From Setoptus koraiensis (lineage: Eukaryota > Animalia > Arthropoda): a stretch of 64,000 nucleotides of DNA. The DNA lies in the NCBI GenBank assembly GCA_048013815.1, contig CM106586.1:19406001-19470000 (forward strand), given 5' to 3'. Every line of letters starts with the position of its first letter. The stretch's first letter is position 1. This document shows positions 36,109 through 47,578 of this stretch, one piece after another. The translations under genes were made by a program, and so were the position numbers. Under the pieces are notes generated by a model that was not told the DNA's origin, did not search any database, and was given only the letters and a program-made list of their open reading frames with translations.

Positions 36109-39100
36109 ATGATATCTGTAGAAATGGACGAGACCAACAGTATCCAATTGAGCGATTTTAGAGACAAATTGGCGAGCGAAACAAAACTCAGGCCAGACAG
36201 TTCGAGCTACAAGAAATGGTCGCGGAATGGCAGGTAAATTCAAGTTGGCTGCGCCACCATATCTATCTATTGACTATCTGTTGTATCAATAGAAAATAAT
36301 AACAATCTTTCCTTCCGCCAACCAACTCCACGATGACAACGTGGATATACGTGGTATGCGCTGATAATTTAGCGTCGATAGCCACCAGGAACTGAACAGG
36401 TTGAATTTCATTGAAAAGCAGCGCCACTTGCTAGAAATGCAGCGCCAAGACAGACTATTCATGATTGGCACGAACGACGATGAAACGAAAGATCATCAAC
36501 AATCTAGGAAGGGCAAAAAACAGACAGGTGAAAATGAAAGTGAAAGTGAAATAATGTCCAGTGACAATGGTGCAAATCCGCCGCCATCCAACGCCACACC
36601 GATTGGGATAGAACAATATAAGAGGTCGCACAATTTAGATCTCGTCGCCAGGCTCAGGCAGAGTGACCAGCCAACCGACGGGCAGATCGATGCGAAAGTA
36701 GAGCGATTAGAGCACACGAAAAATATTGATACAGTAACGTTTGTAGGCGACAACATCGACAAGACGCACCGGAGAGGCTCTCATGATGAAGCTCTGGAGG
36801 CTCTGAAATCAAATAGAGAGAGAAATGTCGACCGATTTGACGGATCGACACATGCGAGAGAGAACGATGATAGCATCAGTGATAATGTTGGTGGTGATAG
36901 TATAAGAGCGCAAACAGCAACTGTTAAAACTGAGGGCAGGCATGTAGAAAGTTCAAATTATTTTCCGTGCGATCTTGCTCATAATCCGTTAGTTGAGATA
37001 CTTGACCAGGACAATATGGTGAAATTTGCGGGCGAACCAGTGCCTCCTAACATGACCTATCAGTGTCTGATAGTGAGAGACAAGACTGGACTAAATAAAT
37101 CATTTTATCCCACCTATTACCTCATTTTACAAGCAATAATCAACAACAACAACAATAATGATGGCAGCAGCAACCACAACAACAGCAACAATGCAGACGA
37201 TCCAACGCAAACGGCACATGCTGATAAGTCCAGTGCAAATGCGTCAACAACAGGCTCTTTGGCCAACTTTAAATCGCAAAAATGTAATAATGATACTTCA
37301 TTAAATAAGGAGCATCATTATTCTGTCCAATCGGGGCCAAATAATAGGGCGCAAGATGAGGGTGACGAGGCCGAGATTGGGAGTAACGAGTATTTTCTTG
37401 ACGACGATTGTGATTCGTTGACCGATTCATTCAGTAATGCCTCCATTGACGAGGAAGAAGACCTAGACGATGATGATGTAATGGAGGAGGCCAACTCTGG
37501 CAGTGGAATTGGCCACTGTGGTAGCATCAGCCGGGATATCAGTGACGATTTCAAAGACGATCTCGCTTATCAGCAGCAGACCAGCAGCAGTAGCGCCAGC
37601 AACAACAACAACAACATCAGCGGCAGCAACGGCAACAATGTTGCTACCAACACTAATCATGACAGTAGCAATATTAATAATAGTAATAATGATGGCAAAA
37701 GTAATAGCAATCCAGATAAGAGAACCGGCCGATCGTCTGGCCAGCAGTCTAACGGTAATCAAGTGTTGACCACCATCGCCAATCTAAGGTCATCGTCGCC
37801 GCCGTCATTATCATCAAATCGACAAGCGCCTGCTGTTGTGGGCCAGCAGCTCAATTCGTTGCATGATCTGCCGGTATCAAAGGATCAAATGATTGTATTA
37901 AATGAGAATCAAATCAAGGATCGTCAGGCTCATATTTCAGTTGGTGTTTCTGCAGCGGCAACTGCAACTACAACAACATCAACAATCGACACTAGGAAGA
38001 CCAAGGGAACGGTGCAATCGGTGCCGGCGCCAAATGATGAAAGTGAAACGGCAACAACCACTACTGCGATACAGTCAATCCGAATAACTTTGAATAATAA
38101 CAGCAACAGCAATAGTAATAATAATAATAATAATAATAAAAATAATAACAATCACAATCATCATCATGATCATCCATCATCAAATCATGTTGCAGCAGGT
38201 ACAATGGCAACAAATCGCCACCATCCGAGGCCATCAATCATATTAACCGGTAGACGGAGGAAAAAAACCAAAACGTGAGTAGCTGATTTGAACAAGATTG
38301 TGTGTAATGCATACAACAACAACAACAACAACAACAGCTCTAATGTATATAGTATTACATAACTCGGTCTTGCCGCCATTTCCACACAAGGATACTTTTG
38401 TTCATTCACGTGAAGATATATGGTCAGATTATTGAAATTCTTTATGAATGAACGTGAAACGATGACAACTCATCATCGCTGTTGCTGTCGCTGTTGTGCA
38501 CAAATCGTAAAGATAAACTGGCCTAGTTATTTCTTTTTCTTCACACTTACTTTATCTATCTAATAAGCTCGATTTTACAACTACTTTCATTAACTTTCTT
38601 AAACTACTTACAATGAACCACACCAACACTATTTCATTGTCGATCGCCGTCGCTTTATGATCGCTTGCCACACAATGACACATGCGTACCGGAATGATGG
38701 TTGAATTGAATAAATTGTCTGGTCACGATCGCTCATTCTCTGTCTCAATGGCGCCCATTTGACGCTATCATCACATATTGTCGTCAATAAGAAGTTATCT
38801 CATTGCTCTCGATGAGCACGATATAACGAGAAAGAAAAGCATTTGTAAATTAAAATCCAATGTATTGGGCACTCAATTCAATGCTGTCAGGTAAGTTTCT
38901 TTCAATTTGATCCCAATGTCGAGCGACTGGCATGACCAGCTTGTCAGCAATGAATCTCATCATTTATCTATTGACCTTTACAAATGTTGTCCGTATTCAC
39001 ATTGATAATCCTCTTGTCATCATAATGACCGTAAATGACACATAAATAGAATTCGCAAGCCTGACGGGGGCGTCCATCAACGCTTCAACTTGGCCTCAAT

Positions 39101-39789
39101 AAATTACGAGACCAACGTGCTTGGATTCAAGGGACCAAGAAAGATGAACATCATAATACCCAATATCAACTATCTGTGGGATGAAAACTTGAATCTCTAC
39201 GAGGAATCCAAAAAGTTGAATAGTCAGTATATAATTCAAATAAGAAATAAGACTCCCACTTGGAATGAGGAGAGCCAGTCGTATGTATTGAATTTTCACG
39301 GTAGGGTAACACAGGCAAGCGTAAAGAATTTCCAATTGATATACATTCCAAGACTTCCAAAGGTGCTTGACAAAGACAACACGGTCAATATATCTGATGC
39401 AAACTCAAAAAGTGTAGAAGTAAGAATCTGTGCCCAAAAATTCAATAAGCAATACTTGTTAGCGATTGACACAGAATATTAACAGATTTGTTTTCCTTTC
39501 ATTTTTTGTTGTATTACGAGCGCAGCCAGGGAAAAGATCAGCCCAGCGAGACAGCCAATCTAACCAAGAAGCACCAAATAATATTAACGCCAAACGCAAT
39601 ATAGATGATCAGTTGGCATCGGTGGTTTTCAATCAGCATCAATCATTAGCGTATAATGATTTCATGATTATGCAATTTGGCAGAATATCTGAACGAGAGT
39701 TCACTTGTGACGTATCACATCCACTTTCCTTGCTTCAAGCATTCTCTATAGCATTGAGTAGCTTTGATTCAAAATTAGCTTGTGAATAG
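36109..39789 (+). CDS. TUB: Tubby family protein (TUB/TULP/king tubby), 5 exons, 910 aa
   Basis: Exons 36109-36233, 36400-38274, 38792-38890, 39050-39419, 39526-39789; phases close (2733 nt). N-terminal [13 protein letters not shown]. Tubby-domain motifs [95 protein letters not shown], and the terminal [18 protein letters not shown]. Confidence 0.95.
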
Positions 39790-39888
39790 GTGAGACACAT
39801 TGCACTTATTGTTGCATAATTGTTTGTTCAACAATAAGCCAGTGTTACAAGTGACTTTTAATAAAAATATAAATAAACGCTCGCATCC

Positions 39889-40146
39889 TCAAATCATTCT
39901 CCTCTTAATAACAATGGATCTTCTTGGTTCAAATGATAAAATATACAAATGATCATCGTATTGTATCGTAACGCTATTCACACTATCGTTCAATATACTG
40001 GCGTTGGCTTCGAAGGCATTCTTGATCTGATATATAATCCTTGCAACTCTGTCGTCGTTGACTAGCTCACCACCTGAATCAGCAAGGCGGCCATCATCAC
40101 TGATAATCATGAATCCAAGCTCATCTGGCGCTTGTATCCTATCCAT
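39889..40146 (-). CDS. LAMTOR4: Ragulator complex protein LAMTOR4, 85 aa
   Basis: PDELGFMIISDDGRLADSGGELVNDDRVA resembles the family pattern [25 protein letters not shown]; small roadblock-type size; terminal VIKR. Confidence 0.85.
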   Translation of the reverse strand: MDRIQAPDELGFMIISDDGRLADSGGELVNDDRVARIIYQIKNAFEANASILNDSVNSVTIQYDDHLYILSFEPRRSIVIKRRMI

Positions 40147-40493
40147 TCTATGGCGGCGGTTTTGTTTGGTGGCTTCCTTTTTTGAACCGGCTAACTTGAT
40201 ATAAACTAAAAATAGCTGTTAGTATGATATATATTTGTGGTATATCCCAATTATGAAAATGATGGAAATTACAACATTTCAATAGTTTATACACTGTATC
40301 TGCCCAATGTTCAACGAATCACCTAAACACAAGCTGAAATCGATCTGCAGCAACCCATAAAATAATCAGCTGAGTGGGCGTGCGTCAGCACAAAATGGAG
40401 ATGAATATTAGTCTTTATTAGTGGATATTGATAAACAAAACTCAGGATATTTCAGTTGACTTTCTCCTTCCTTATTCATTCCATTGGACCGAT
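40147..40493. promoter_or_regulatory. Inferred bidirectional promoter between LAMTOR4 and SRP19
   Basis: 347 bp between two divergent ATGs. Inferred from gene orientation only. Confidence 0.55.
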
Positions 40494-40928
40494 ATGGCCA
40501 CCGCCAAGATGGCTGATACATCAACCGAGGACACTAAAAAATTCAATGTTATCTATCCAGCTTACATAAATAGTGCGAGATCTGTGTATCGAGGCAGGAG
40601 AATACCTCTCAAGAATGGGGTCAACGAACCAAAGATAACAGAGATCAAGGAGGCCTTAGAGATGATGAAAGGTTTTCATGTTCAACTAGAACCTGATAAG
40701 ATCTTTTGTAGAGAACTGGATAAAGAGCTAGTATCGGCCGTGGGCCGCGTCAGATTTCTCAATGTGCACCCCGATAGAAACAGTTGCACCAATAAAAGAC
40801 AAGTCCTTTTGACATGTGCTGAAACTATCAATAAATTTAGGTCACAAAGGAAGCCGGCAACAGTGCAACAACCAAGTGAACAGGCGGCGGAAACTAGCAA
40901 AAAGGCCAAAAAGAAAAATCAGAAGTAA
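40494..40928 (+). CDS. SRP19: Signal recognition particle 19 kDa protein, intronless
   Basis: First ATG at 40494. VIYPAYINSARSVYRGRRIP...VNEPKITEI, GRVR, KRQVLLTCAETI, and a Lys-rich C-terminus. Confidence 0.93.
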   Translation: MATAKMADTSTEDTKKFNVIYPAYINSARSVYRGRRIPLKNGVNEPKITEIKEALEMMKGFHVQLEPDKIFCRELDKELVSAVGRVRFLNVHPDRNSCTNKRQVLLTCAETINKFRSQRKPATVQQPSEQAAETSKKAKKKNQK

Positions 40929-40978
40929 AACGATTAAAAGGAATATAGACAATTTGAGTTCAATAAAACACGCACATT

Positions 40979-42961
40979 TTATATTCTTTTTCTAACATTA
41001 GCATCACCCGTTGAGTTATTCCCTTCCATTCGTTTGGAATTCCAGTAACTTTTGTGTATCAATTTCATCTCATCGACAAATCTGTTATATTCTTTCCGAC
41101 CGAAACTATTATCGACTTTGTATTGCGACCACGGGTGGATTTCATCTTGGATGGGAAACTCTTTGAGGTAATTCTTCAGGGATGATGAGTATATCTCGAA
41201 TCCCTTGATCAACGTAGGCGTAATGAAAGCTGGTCTCTTTTCACTACTGTCTTTCTCATACTTAATTATTAGCTCACGCACCTCGATTCTCTTAGTTTCT
41301 AGTCTTTCAACAAGAGCCTTATCGGGGCGCATGTTGAGTTCGTGACATTTTCTCACCAGATATATACTGTAGTAGATATCATCGCTATATCTTGCGTTGA
41401 TGAACAAATTTTTGATCAATGTGTATGTCGGGGTAATGTTACCTAAATCTGAAATTAACTTTCGGGCATCTTTAACGGTACCGCAACATAAAGCTAAGGC
41501 TTCGTACGTTGTAATACTAGGCTGAACATTTCGTTGTTGCATTATTTCTATTATCTGCATAGCTTTGCTCAACCTAGTCTTCTCGTTAACTCTTGAGCCT
41601 TGCCGCTCTATCATCATATCGTAGATACGGGTATCAAATACTAAAGGATATTTCTCCATGTATTCTAAAATTTCTAAATCTTTCGACCAGTATCTTGGTA
41701 GACAAGTTAAAAGAAGACCGAATATTTTGCAATCTGGGCTGATTCCATCCGATTTCAGCATATCTAGTATACCCTTCACGTCTCCAACTAGCCGTAGTCT
41801 ACCATAGGTGGAATCCAAGCTGTCCAAGTTTAGAGATTCCACTCTGAGCATCAGTTCAGATGCAGAATCTCTGATTAGATTAGGAGGGTCTATTAGATTA
41901 TTCGGTCCTTCGGAATCTAATCTAATCAGTTGACTATGTAAAGTATCATTGTCTTCCAAATTGGAAGTTTTTCCCTCGTTGTCCGTGGACACAACTGTCT
42001 GGGGTAGATCGTCCAGAGGAATCCAATTTCGCATGATTGGATTGTCAGATGATTGGTCACTATTTTTGGATTTTCTGGCGCGAGGTTTTTTTCTGGTACT
42101 TGGGTCAGCTAAAGCTGGCAATTCACCCAAAATGTGCTGAACGTTCTCTATAGGACCTATTTTGCAATACCTAACGCAACGCAACAGGAGTTTGTAAGTA
42201 TCCAAGTCAGGCTTCAATTGATACCTTTTGATTCTCCTGAAGATTCTAATCGCATTGGCCAGGCCATTCGCCTTATCAGAGTTACAACCAATTAATAACA
42301 TGTTGAATGTCATAGTGTCAGGGACTAGCTGGGCTTGGATCATCTCTTGCATAACATTGACTGCTTTCTGAAATTGTCCTAGCTTACCAAAAGCTTTTAT
42401 TTGAGCACGGTAGTGGGTTCTATTATACATATAAGAAAATTGGTTTGTTAATTGATTTCTAAGCCATTCCAATCTCTCTAGACCGTAGTCGGGAAATGGG
42501 CATTCCGAGCAGGCGTTGAATAGACATGCAACCATAGCACCAGAGGGCTTTTTGCCATTCTTCAAATATTTCAGATGTTCCTCATATAATTCGAAAGCCT
42601 TTTGCGTATAGCCCGCTTTTGCACAACCATAAATGAGTGCTGAAAAATTTCCCTGCTCCGGAGTAAGCCGGTCCACCGCTTTCATCTGGCGAAACAGCTC
42701 TAGAGCCTTTTTGAGACCTAGCTTACCTTGTCTTGCATAAAGGCTGATATTTTGTTTGTAATAGTATGCATTTTTTCTGTCTCCAACAGTCATCTCGATT
42801 TGATCATATCCATCGGGATCTTCTGGCACTTCTTGCTCGATAGCCAATGTCTGAAGCTGTTGAGAGCCCCTCTCACTGAGTGTGCCGAACTGATCACATT
42901 CTCGGCTGGATATTTTGGTCGATGTTGCGAATCTTCTAGCCGTAGTCCTGAATAGTAACAT
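40979..42961 (-). CDS. PTCD1: Pentatricopeptide repeat protein 1, mitochondrial, intronless, 660 aa
   Basis: Likely ATG at 42961 gives a presequence-like MLLFRTTARRFATSTK. DQFGTLS, then PPR units NFSALIYGCAKAGYTQKAFELY, HYRAQIKAFGKLGQFQKAVNVMQEM, TFNMLLIGC, TYKLLLRC. Confidence 0.88.
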   Translation of the reverse strand: MLLFRTTARRFATSTKISSRECDQFGTLSERGSQQLQTLAIEQEVPEDPDGYDQIEMTVGDRKNAYYYKQNISLYARQGKLGLKKALELFRQMKAVDRLTPEQGNFSALIYGCAKAGYTQKAFELYEEHLKYLKNGKKPSGAMVACLFNACSECPFPDYGLERLEWLRNQLTNQFSYMYNRTHYRAQIKAFGKLGQFQKAVNVMQEMIQAQLVPDTMTFNMLLIGCNSDKANGLANAIRIFRRIKRYQLKPDLDTYKLLLRCVRYCKIGPIENVQHILGELPALADPSTRKKPRARKSKNSDQSSDNPIMRNWIPLDDLPQTVVSTDNEGKTSNLEDNDTLHSQLIRLDSEGPNNLIDPPNLIRDSASELMLRVESLNLDSLDSTYGRLRLVGDVKGILDMLKSDGISPDCKIFGLLLTCLPRYWSKDLEILEYMEKYPLVFDTRIYDMMIERQGSRVNEKTRLSKAMQIIEIMQQRNVQPSITTYEALALCCGTVKDARKLISDLGNITPTYTLIKNLFINARYSDDIYYSIYLVRKCHELNMRPDKALVERLETKRIEVRELIIKYEKDSSEKRPAFITPTLIKGFEIYSSSLKNYLKEFPIQDEIHPWSQYKVDNSFGRKEYNRFVDEMKLIHKSYWNSKRMEGNNSTGDANVRKRI

Positions 42962-44035
42962 GACGAGATGTAAGGTACAGATTGACAGCAGTATTGATTG
43001 GTTGCTCACACAGGAGTCAGGAGTGGCCCAGAATTTGGTGAGATATGGCTTACAAGGCATGCTCGGCACGCGTGGATTTGTTTTCATTCGGCTCTGTCAC
43101 AAAGCCTTTGTGCTGTCCACTCACATTCACACGTGAATCTGATATTCATACTCGAGAAGCGCTTTGTGGCACAAAGTTTGTGCCGTTCATGTGGCATGCC
43201 ATTCATAACCTTTCACGATTCACAGTGAATATTCGCCGGTACTTTATTGCCAGTGTATGTCTGTAAATATTAGTCGACCGGCATACTCTATCCAAATCTC
43301 GGGATGGAAGTCTTTCAAGTTGAGAGAGGCCGATCCGTCATATGGAAGGGGTCCTTTTTTCTCGGAAAAAAATCATGTTTGAATTAGGCGCTTACATTTG
43401 CACATGCCGCCTTGATTAGAGTCTTGAAATATCTGTGTGCTTCGTCATGTGTTCACACAGCAAACCTTTCGTCATAGAATTGTCTCATCCCGCCTTCGGA
43501 CCTTCGTGCACATAGTCAATGAAAACTTTTCATTGATCGGATGAGTGTGCTGCTGGGGTGTTCACGTCTGAACAATCACTACACTCGCAACGACTCGTCG
43601 CAAGAGCAGCCCGCTCTACGCAGTTCCTAATTTCTCCTGTAGAGATCGCTTTGCAAGCGCATGTACTAATTTCGACATATAAAATAGCGCCCTCTTTCAA
43701 CTGCATCGAACTAAACTAGGTGTAACTATTCGGGCGCGCGCTCGAAAAAGCACAATCTCACCTCAGGTACAAGTTGTGCATGACTCGATGAATTAGTGCC
43801 ACAGATTTCAGCTGCGTGTTCCACTAATTTTACCTGCCTGTTCATGCACATCCGGTTTGAAAGGCAGAAAACTAAAAATTGTGCAGCACAATGTCGTACC
43901 AATGCACTATGGAGCCCAGCGTAGCACATGTCAACGTTGTCGCAACATCTCTACGCGAACACCTAGTGGCCGCAACAGAACTCGTTGTATCACACTATTG
44001 AGCGAGAATTTCTACACACCAAGTTAAAACTGGGA

Positions 44036-44197
44036 TTTGTGCGTGTTTTGTCCAACTTTGTGCAAGTGATTTGTATGTTGTGCCCATACTGTATTTAGTC
44101 ATACAGGCACAAAATAATAAATTTGTGTTTTGTGCTTTTCATCTACACACGCCACGCACATATCGATCCTTGTGCGTGCGCACAGAAAATATAAAAG
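44036..44197. repeat. Dispersed element copy 1 (paralog at 48331-48494)
   Basis: Colinear exact blocks shared with copy 2: TTTGTGCGT, ATACAGGCACAAA, TTTTGTGCT, CTACACA, TTGTGCGTG, GCACAGAAA. About 70% identity by hand alignment. Confidence 0.85.
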
Positions 44198-44381
44198 TCC
44201 GATTACAACCAGTGCCAGCAGTAGTAACAAGGTTGTATCTAAAGGAATCACTTGTTAACTGAAAATTATTTATTATTATTATTATTGTTGGATCGTAACT
44301 CTAACCCAGATAATTATCAACGAACATTCAGCATTTATAATTAGCCAGACATAATTTTAAATTAGATGTCAAAGAGGTGAC

Positions 44382-47300
44382 ATGGCGAGTGCCGATCATA
44401 ATTTGTTCTATCGACGCATTCAGAGATTTTATGCTGCTTGGAGGGATGGCGAAAGCCAGGATTTCAAGAAAGTCGACGCTGTTGTTGTCCCCCTAGGACT
44501 ATGTGAAACCATAACCTACAGTAAATCCACCGCTTTTCAAACATGGCTTTTCGATTACGAAATTTCTGATATAATTATGGTATTTTGTGATCAATGTATG
44601 TACTTTCTAGCTACGAAGAAAAAGATCGACTTTTTGCGTCCAATACAAGACAAACCAGATGGTATAACCGGTGTACCCAAGGTCGAGCTTTTAGTGCGTG
44701 ACAAGACGGACAAAAATAAAGCTAATTTCGACAAAATCATTGAAGGTATCAAGCGAAGTCGCTCTGGTAAAACAATCGGTGTTTTCGCCAAAGACACGTT
44801 TCCCGGTGAGTTTTTCACCGAATGGACCGAACAAATAAATTTGGAAACTCAATTCGAGAAGGTCGACTTAAGTTTTCCTATTGGCTACTTGATGGCCGTC
44901 AAAGATGATCAAGAGCTGTCAAACATTCAGAAGGCCTGCTCGGCTACCGAAGCACTATACTCAAAATACCTATGTACCGAGCTCGAAAATATTATCGATG
45001 ATGAAAAGAAAATCTCTCATTCCAAAATCGCTAGTGGCTTAGGCAAGGCCATCAAAGACAAAAAGTACACCAAGAACTTGGAGGATATCGACACATGCTA
45101 CGATCCAGTTATTCAATCGGGTGGTGTCTACAATCTAAGATTTGGTGTCGGTAGCGACAATAACAATATTCATTGTGGATTTATAACTTGTTGTCTAGGG
45201 CTCAGATATGGATCATACTGTTCAAATATTGCAAGGACGCTCATGGTTGACCCGACTCAAGAACAAAAGGATAACTATGAGTTTTTGCTGCAAGTAGAAG
45301 AGGAGTTGATCAATAGATTGTACGATGGTGTTGTATTATCCGATCTCCATCAAAAGATTGTAGATTATGTCAAAAAGGAAAGGTCGGATTTAGTCGACAA
45401 ACTGACCAAAACATTTGGATTCGCCACAGGGATTGAATTTAGAGATGGAACCATGGTCATCGGACCGAAATTTAACATGAAAGCAAGGAAAGACATGACC
45501 TTCATTGTAGCCATAGGTTTTCAGGGTCTGAAAAACCCAGCAGCTTCGGACCCAAAAGCTAAGACTTATTCACTCTTCTTGAGTGACACTGTGATTGTCC
45601 AAGAGGCTGGAACACCTGCCACCCTAGTTACTCAAGCCAGAAGGAAATTAGCAAAAACCTCCATTCTATTGAAGAAAGACGATGACGATGAAGATGATGA
45701 TAATGATGATGAGGAGTCTACTAATGGCAACATTTTACCAGAGACTCTAAGAGGCGGTAGAAGAGGCCAAATTCTTGAGAATAAATTACGCACAGATTCT
45801 CAGAGCAATGAGGAGAGAAGAAGACAGCATCAGAGAGAGCTTTCAGAACAACTCAATGCAGCTGCATTGGCACGGCTCGCTAAAAAAACTGGAAATAAAT
45901 CGGAGGACAAAGTAAAGAAAACAATCATCTCCTACAAGTCCGCGAAGGAATTTCCTTCGAGAGAGCCTGAAATACGTGATTTAAAAATATACGTCGATAA
46001 AAAGAATGAAACTGTCATTCTCCCTATGTTCGGAGTACCCGTTCCTTATCATATCTCCACAATCAAGAATATCTCACAATCGATTGAGGGCGACTACACC
46101 TACCTACGTATAAATTTCTTTTACCCTGGTTCAACATTAGAAAAAGGAACTGTATTCCCGAACCCAGACGCTATATTCCTCAAGGAAGTAACATACAGAA
46201 GCTCAAATAACAAGGAACAGGGTGAGCTCAGGGACTCCGCTCCATCAGCAAATCTCAGCGATTCTTTCATGGCTATCAAGATTGTGCAGAAGAAATTCAA
46301 GACGAGAGAAGCAGAAGAGAAAGAAAAAGAAGGTGTCGTCAAGCAAGATTCACTTGTTCTAACTCAACATAGCAAAGTCAGCCCCAAACTCAAAGACCTC
46401 TTCATCAGACCAAATATCTACACAAAACGAGTTTCAGGATCCTTGGAAGCTCACGTGAACGGATTCCGATTTACGTCAATCAAAGGTGACAAAGTGGACA
46501 TCATGTATAACAATATTAAACACGCTATTTATCAACCATGTGACAAAGAAATGATCATACTATTACATTTCAACCTTGTAAACCCTATCATGATCAACAA
46601 GAAGAAACATGATGATATTCAATTTTACACAGAAGTCGGTGAGATCACGACTGATTTAGGAAAACGCCAGCACATGCACGACAGAGACGATTACGCAGCC
46701 GAACAAGCCGAGAGAGATCTCAGAACCAAGCTGAAACACGCTTTCAAGTCGTTTTGTGACAAAGTAGATCAGTGCACCAAAGGAGAAGTTACATTTGAGA
46801 CCCCAATTCGTCAGCTCGGGTTTAACGGTGTCCCTCGCAAGAGTAATGTCTTGCTACAACCCACCCATTCTGCCTTGGTCAACTTGACTGACTGGCCTCC
46901 GTTTGTAATTACGATAGGCGAGGTTGAATTAGTTCATTGCGAACGTGTTTCATTTGCGTTGAAGGCATTCGATATGGTGTTTGTCTATAAGGATTATACC
47001 CGTAAACCCGATATGATCACAGCCGTACCAACGGAAAAACTTGATGATGTTAGGAACTGGTTAGACCAATGTGACATTAAGTATACTGACGGTGTCCAGA
47101 GTTTGAATTGGCCTAAGATTATGAAAGTTATTAATGATGATACCCAAGGCTTTTTAAAACAAGGTGGTTGGAAGTTTCTAGATGATGACAAAGCGAGTGA
47201 CGAAGAGCAAGAAGACGAAGAGGACGAGGACGATGACAGATACGAACCCAGCGACGACGATGATGATGATGATGAGGAGGATGATGATTCGGACATTTCT

Positions 47301-47537
47301 GAGGAGGAATCAGATATATCCGAGGAGGAGGAGGATGCAGAGTTGGGATCGAGTGAAGAATCTGGAAAAGATTGGTCCGAGCTTGAAGAGGAAGCAGCGA
47401 AAGCCGATAGAAACCACAAAGAATTTGAAGATGAATATACCAAAAAACCTCAGTCTGCCTACTCAAAGCACAGCAACGGTTCAGGAAAGAGAAAATCATA
47501 CGATGACAGTCGAGGTAGCAAGAAAGCAAAGCGCTAG
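44382..47537 (+). CDS. SUPT16H: FACT complex subunit SPT16, intronless, 1051 aa
   Basis: YSKSTAFQTWLFDYE, SYCSNIARTLMVDP, GFATGIEFRDG, ILPMFGVPVPYHISTIKN, GSLEAHVNGFRF, FYTEVGE, and an acidic C-terminus with ESGKDWSELEEEAAKADR. Confidence 0.98.
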   Translation: MASADHNLFYRRIQRFYAAWRDGESQDFKKVDAVVVPLGLCETITYSKSTAFQTWLFDYEISDIIMVFCDQCMYFLATKKKIDFLRPIQDKPDGITGVPKVELLVRDKTDKNKANFDKIIEGIKRSRSGKTIGVFAKDTFPGEFFTEWTEQINLETQFEKVDLSFPIGYLMAVKDDQELSNIQKACSATEALYSKYLCTELENIIDDEKKISHSKIASGLGKAIKDKKYTKNLEDIDTCYDPVIQSGGVYNLRFGVGSDNNNIHCGFITCCLGLRYGSYCSNIARTLMVDPTQEQKDNYEFLLQVEEELINRLYDGVVLSDLHQKIVDYVKKERSDLVDKLTKTFGFATGIEFRDGTMVIGPKFNMKARKDMTFIVAIGFQGLKNPAASDPKAKTYSLFLSDTVIVQEAGTPATLVTQARRKLAKTSILLKKDDDDEDDDNDDEESTNGNILPETLRGGRRGQILENKLRTDSQSNEERRRQHQRELSEQLNAAALARLAKKTGNKSEDKVKKTIISYKSAKEFPSREPEIRDLKIYVDKKNETVILPMFGVPVPYHISTIKNISQSIEGDYTYLRINFFYPGSTLEKGTVFPNPDAIFLKEVTYRSSNNKEQGELRDSAPSANLSDSFMAIKIVQKKFKTREAEEKEKEGVVKQDSLVLTQHSKVSPKLKDLFIRPNIYTKRVSGSLEAHVNGFRFTSIKGDKVDIMYNNIKHAIYQPCDKEMIILLHFNLVNPIMINKKKHDDIQFYTEVGEITTDLGKRQHMHDRDDYAAEQAERDLRTKLKHAFKSFCDKVDQCTKGEVTFETPIRQLGFNGVPRKSNVLLQPTHSALVNLTDWPPFVITIGEVELVHCERVSFALKAFDMVFVYKDYTRKPDMITAVPTEKLDDVRNWLDQCDIKYTDGVQSLNWPKIMKVINDDTQGFLKQGGWKFLDDDKASDEEQEDEEDEDDDRYEPSDDDDDDDEEDDDSDISEEESDISEEEEDAELGSSEESGKDWSELEEEAAKADRNHKEFEDEYTKKPQSAYSKHSNGSGKRKSYDDSRGSKKAKR

Positions 47538-47578
47538 TTCATTCGTCTTAATGCACAATAAACTTTCACCAACTTAAT

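Noticed and set aside
46994-47577. Ser-rich and His-rich ORFs over the SPT16 3' end
   Set aside because: Frame artefacts of the acidic GAT/GAG-rich tail.
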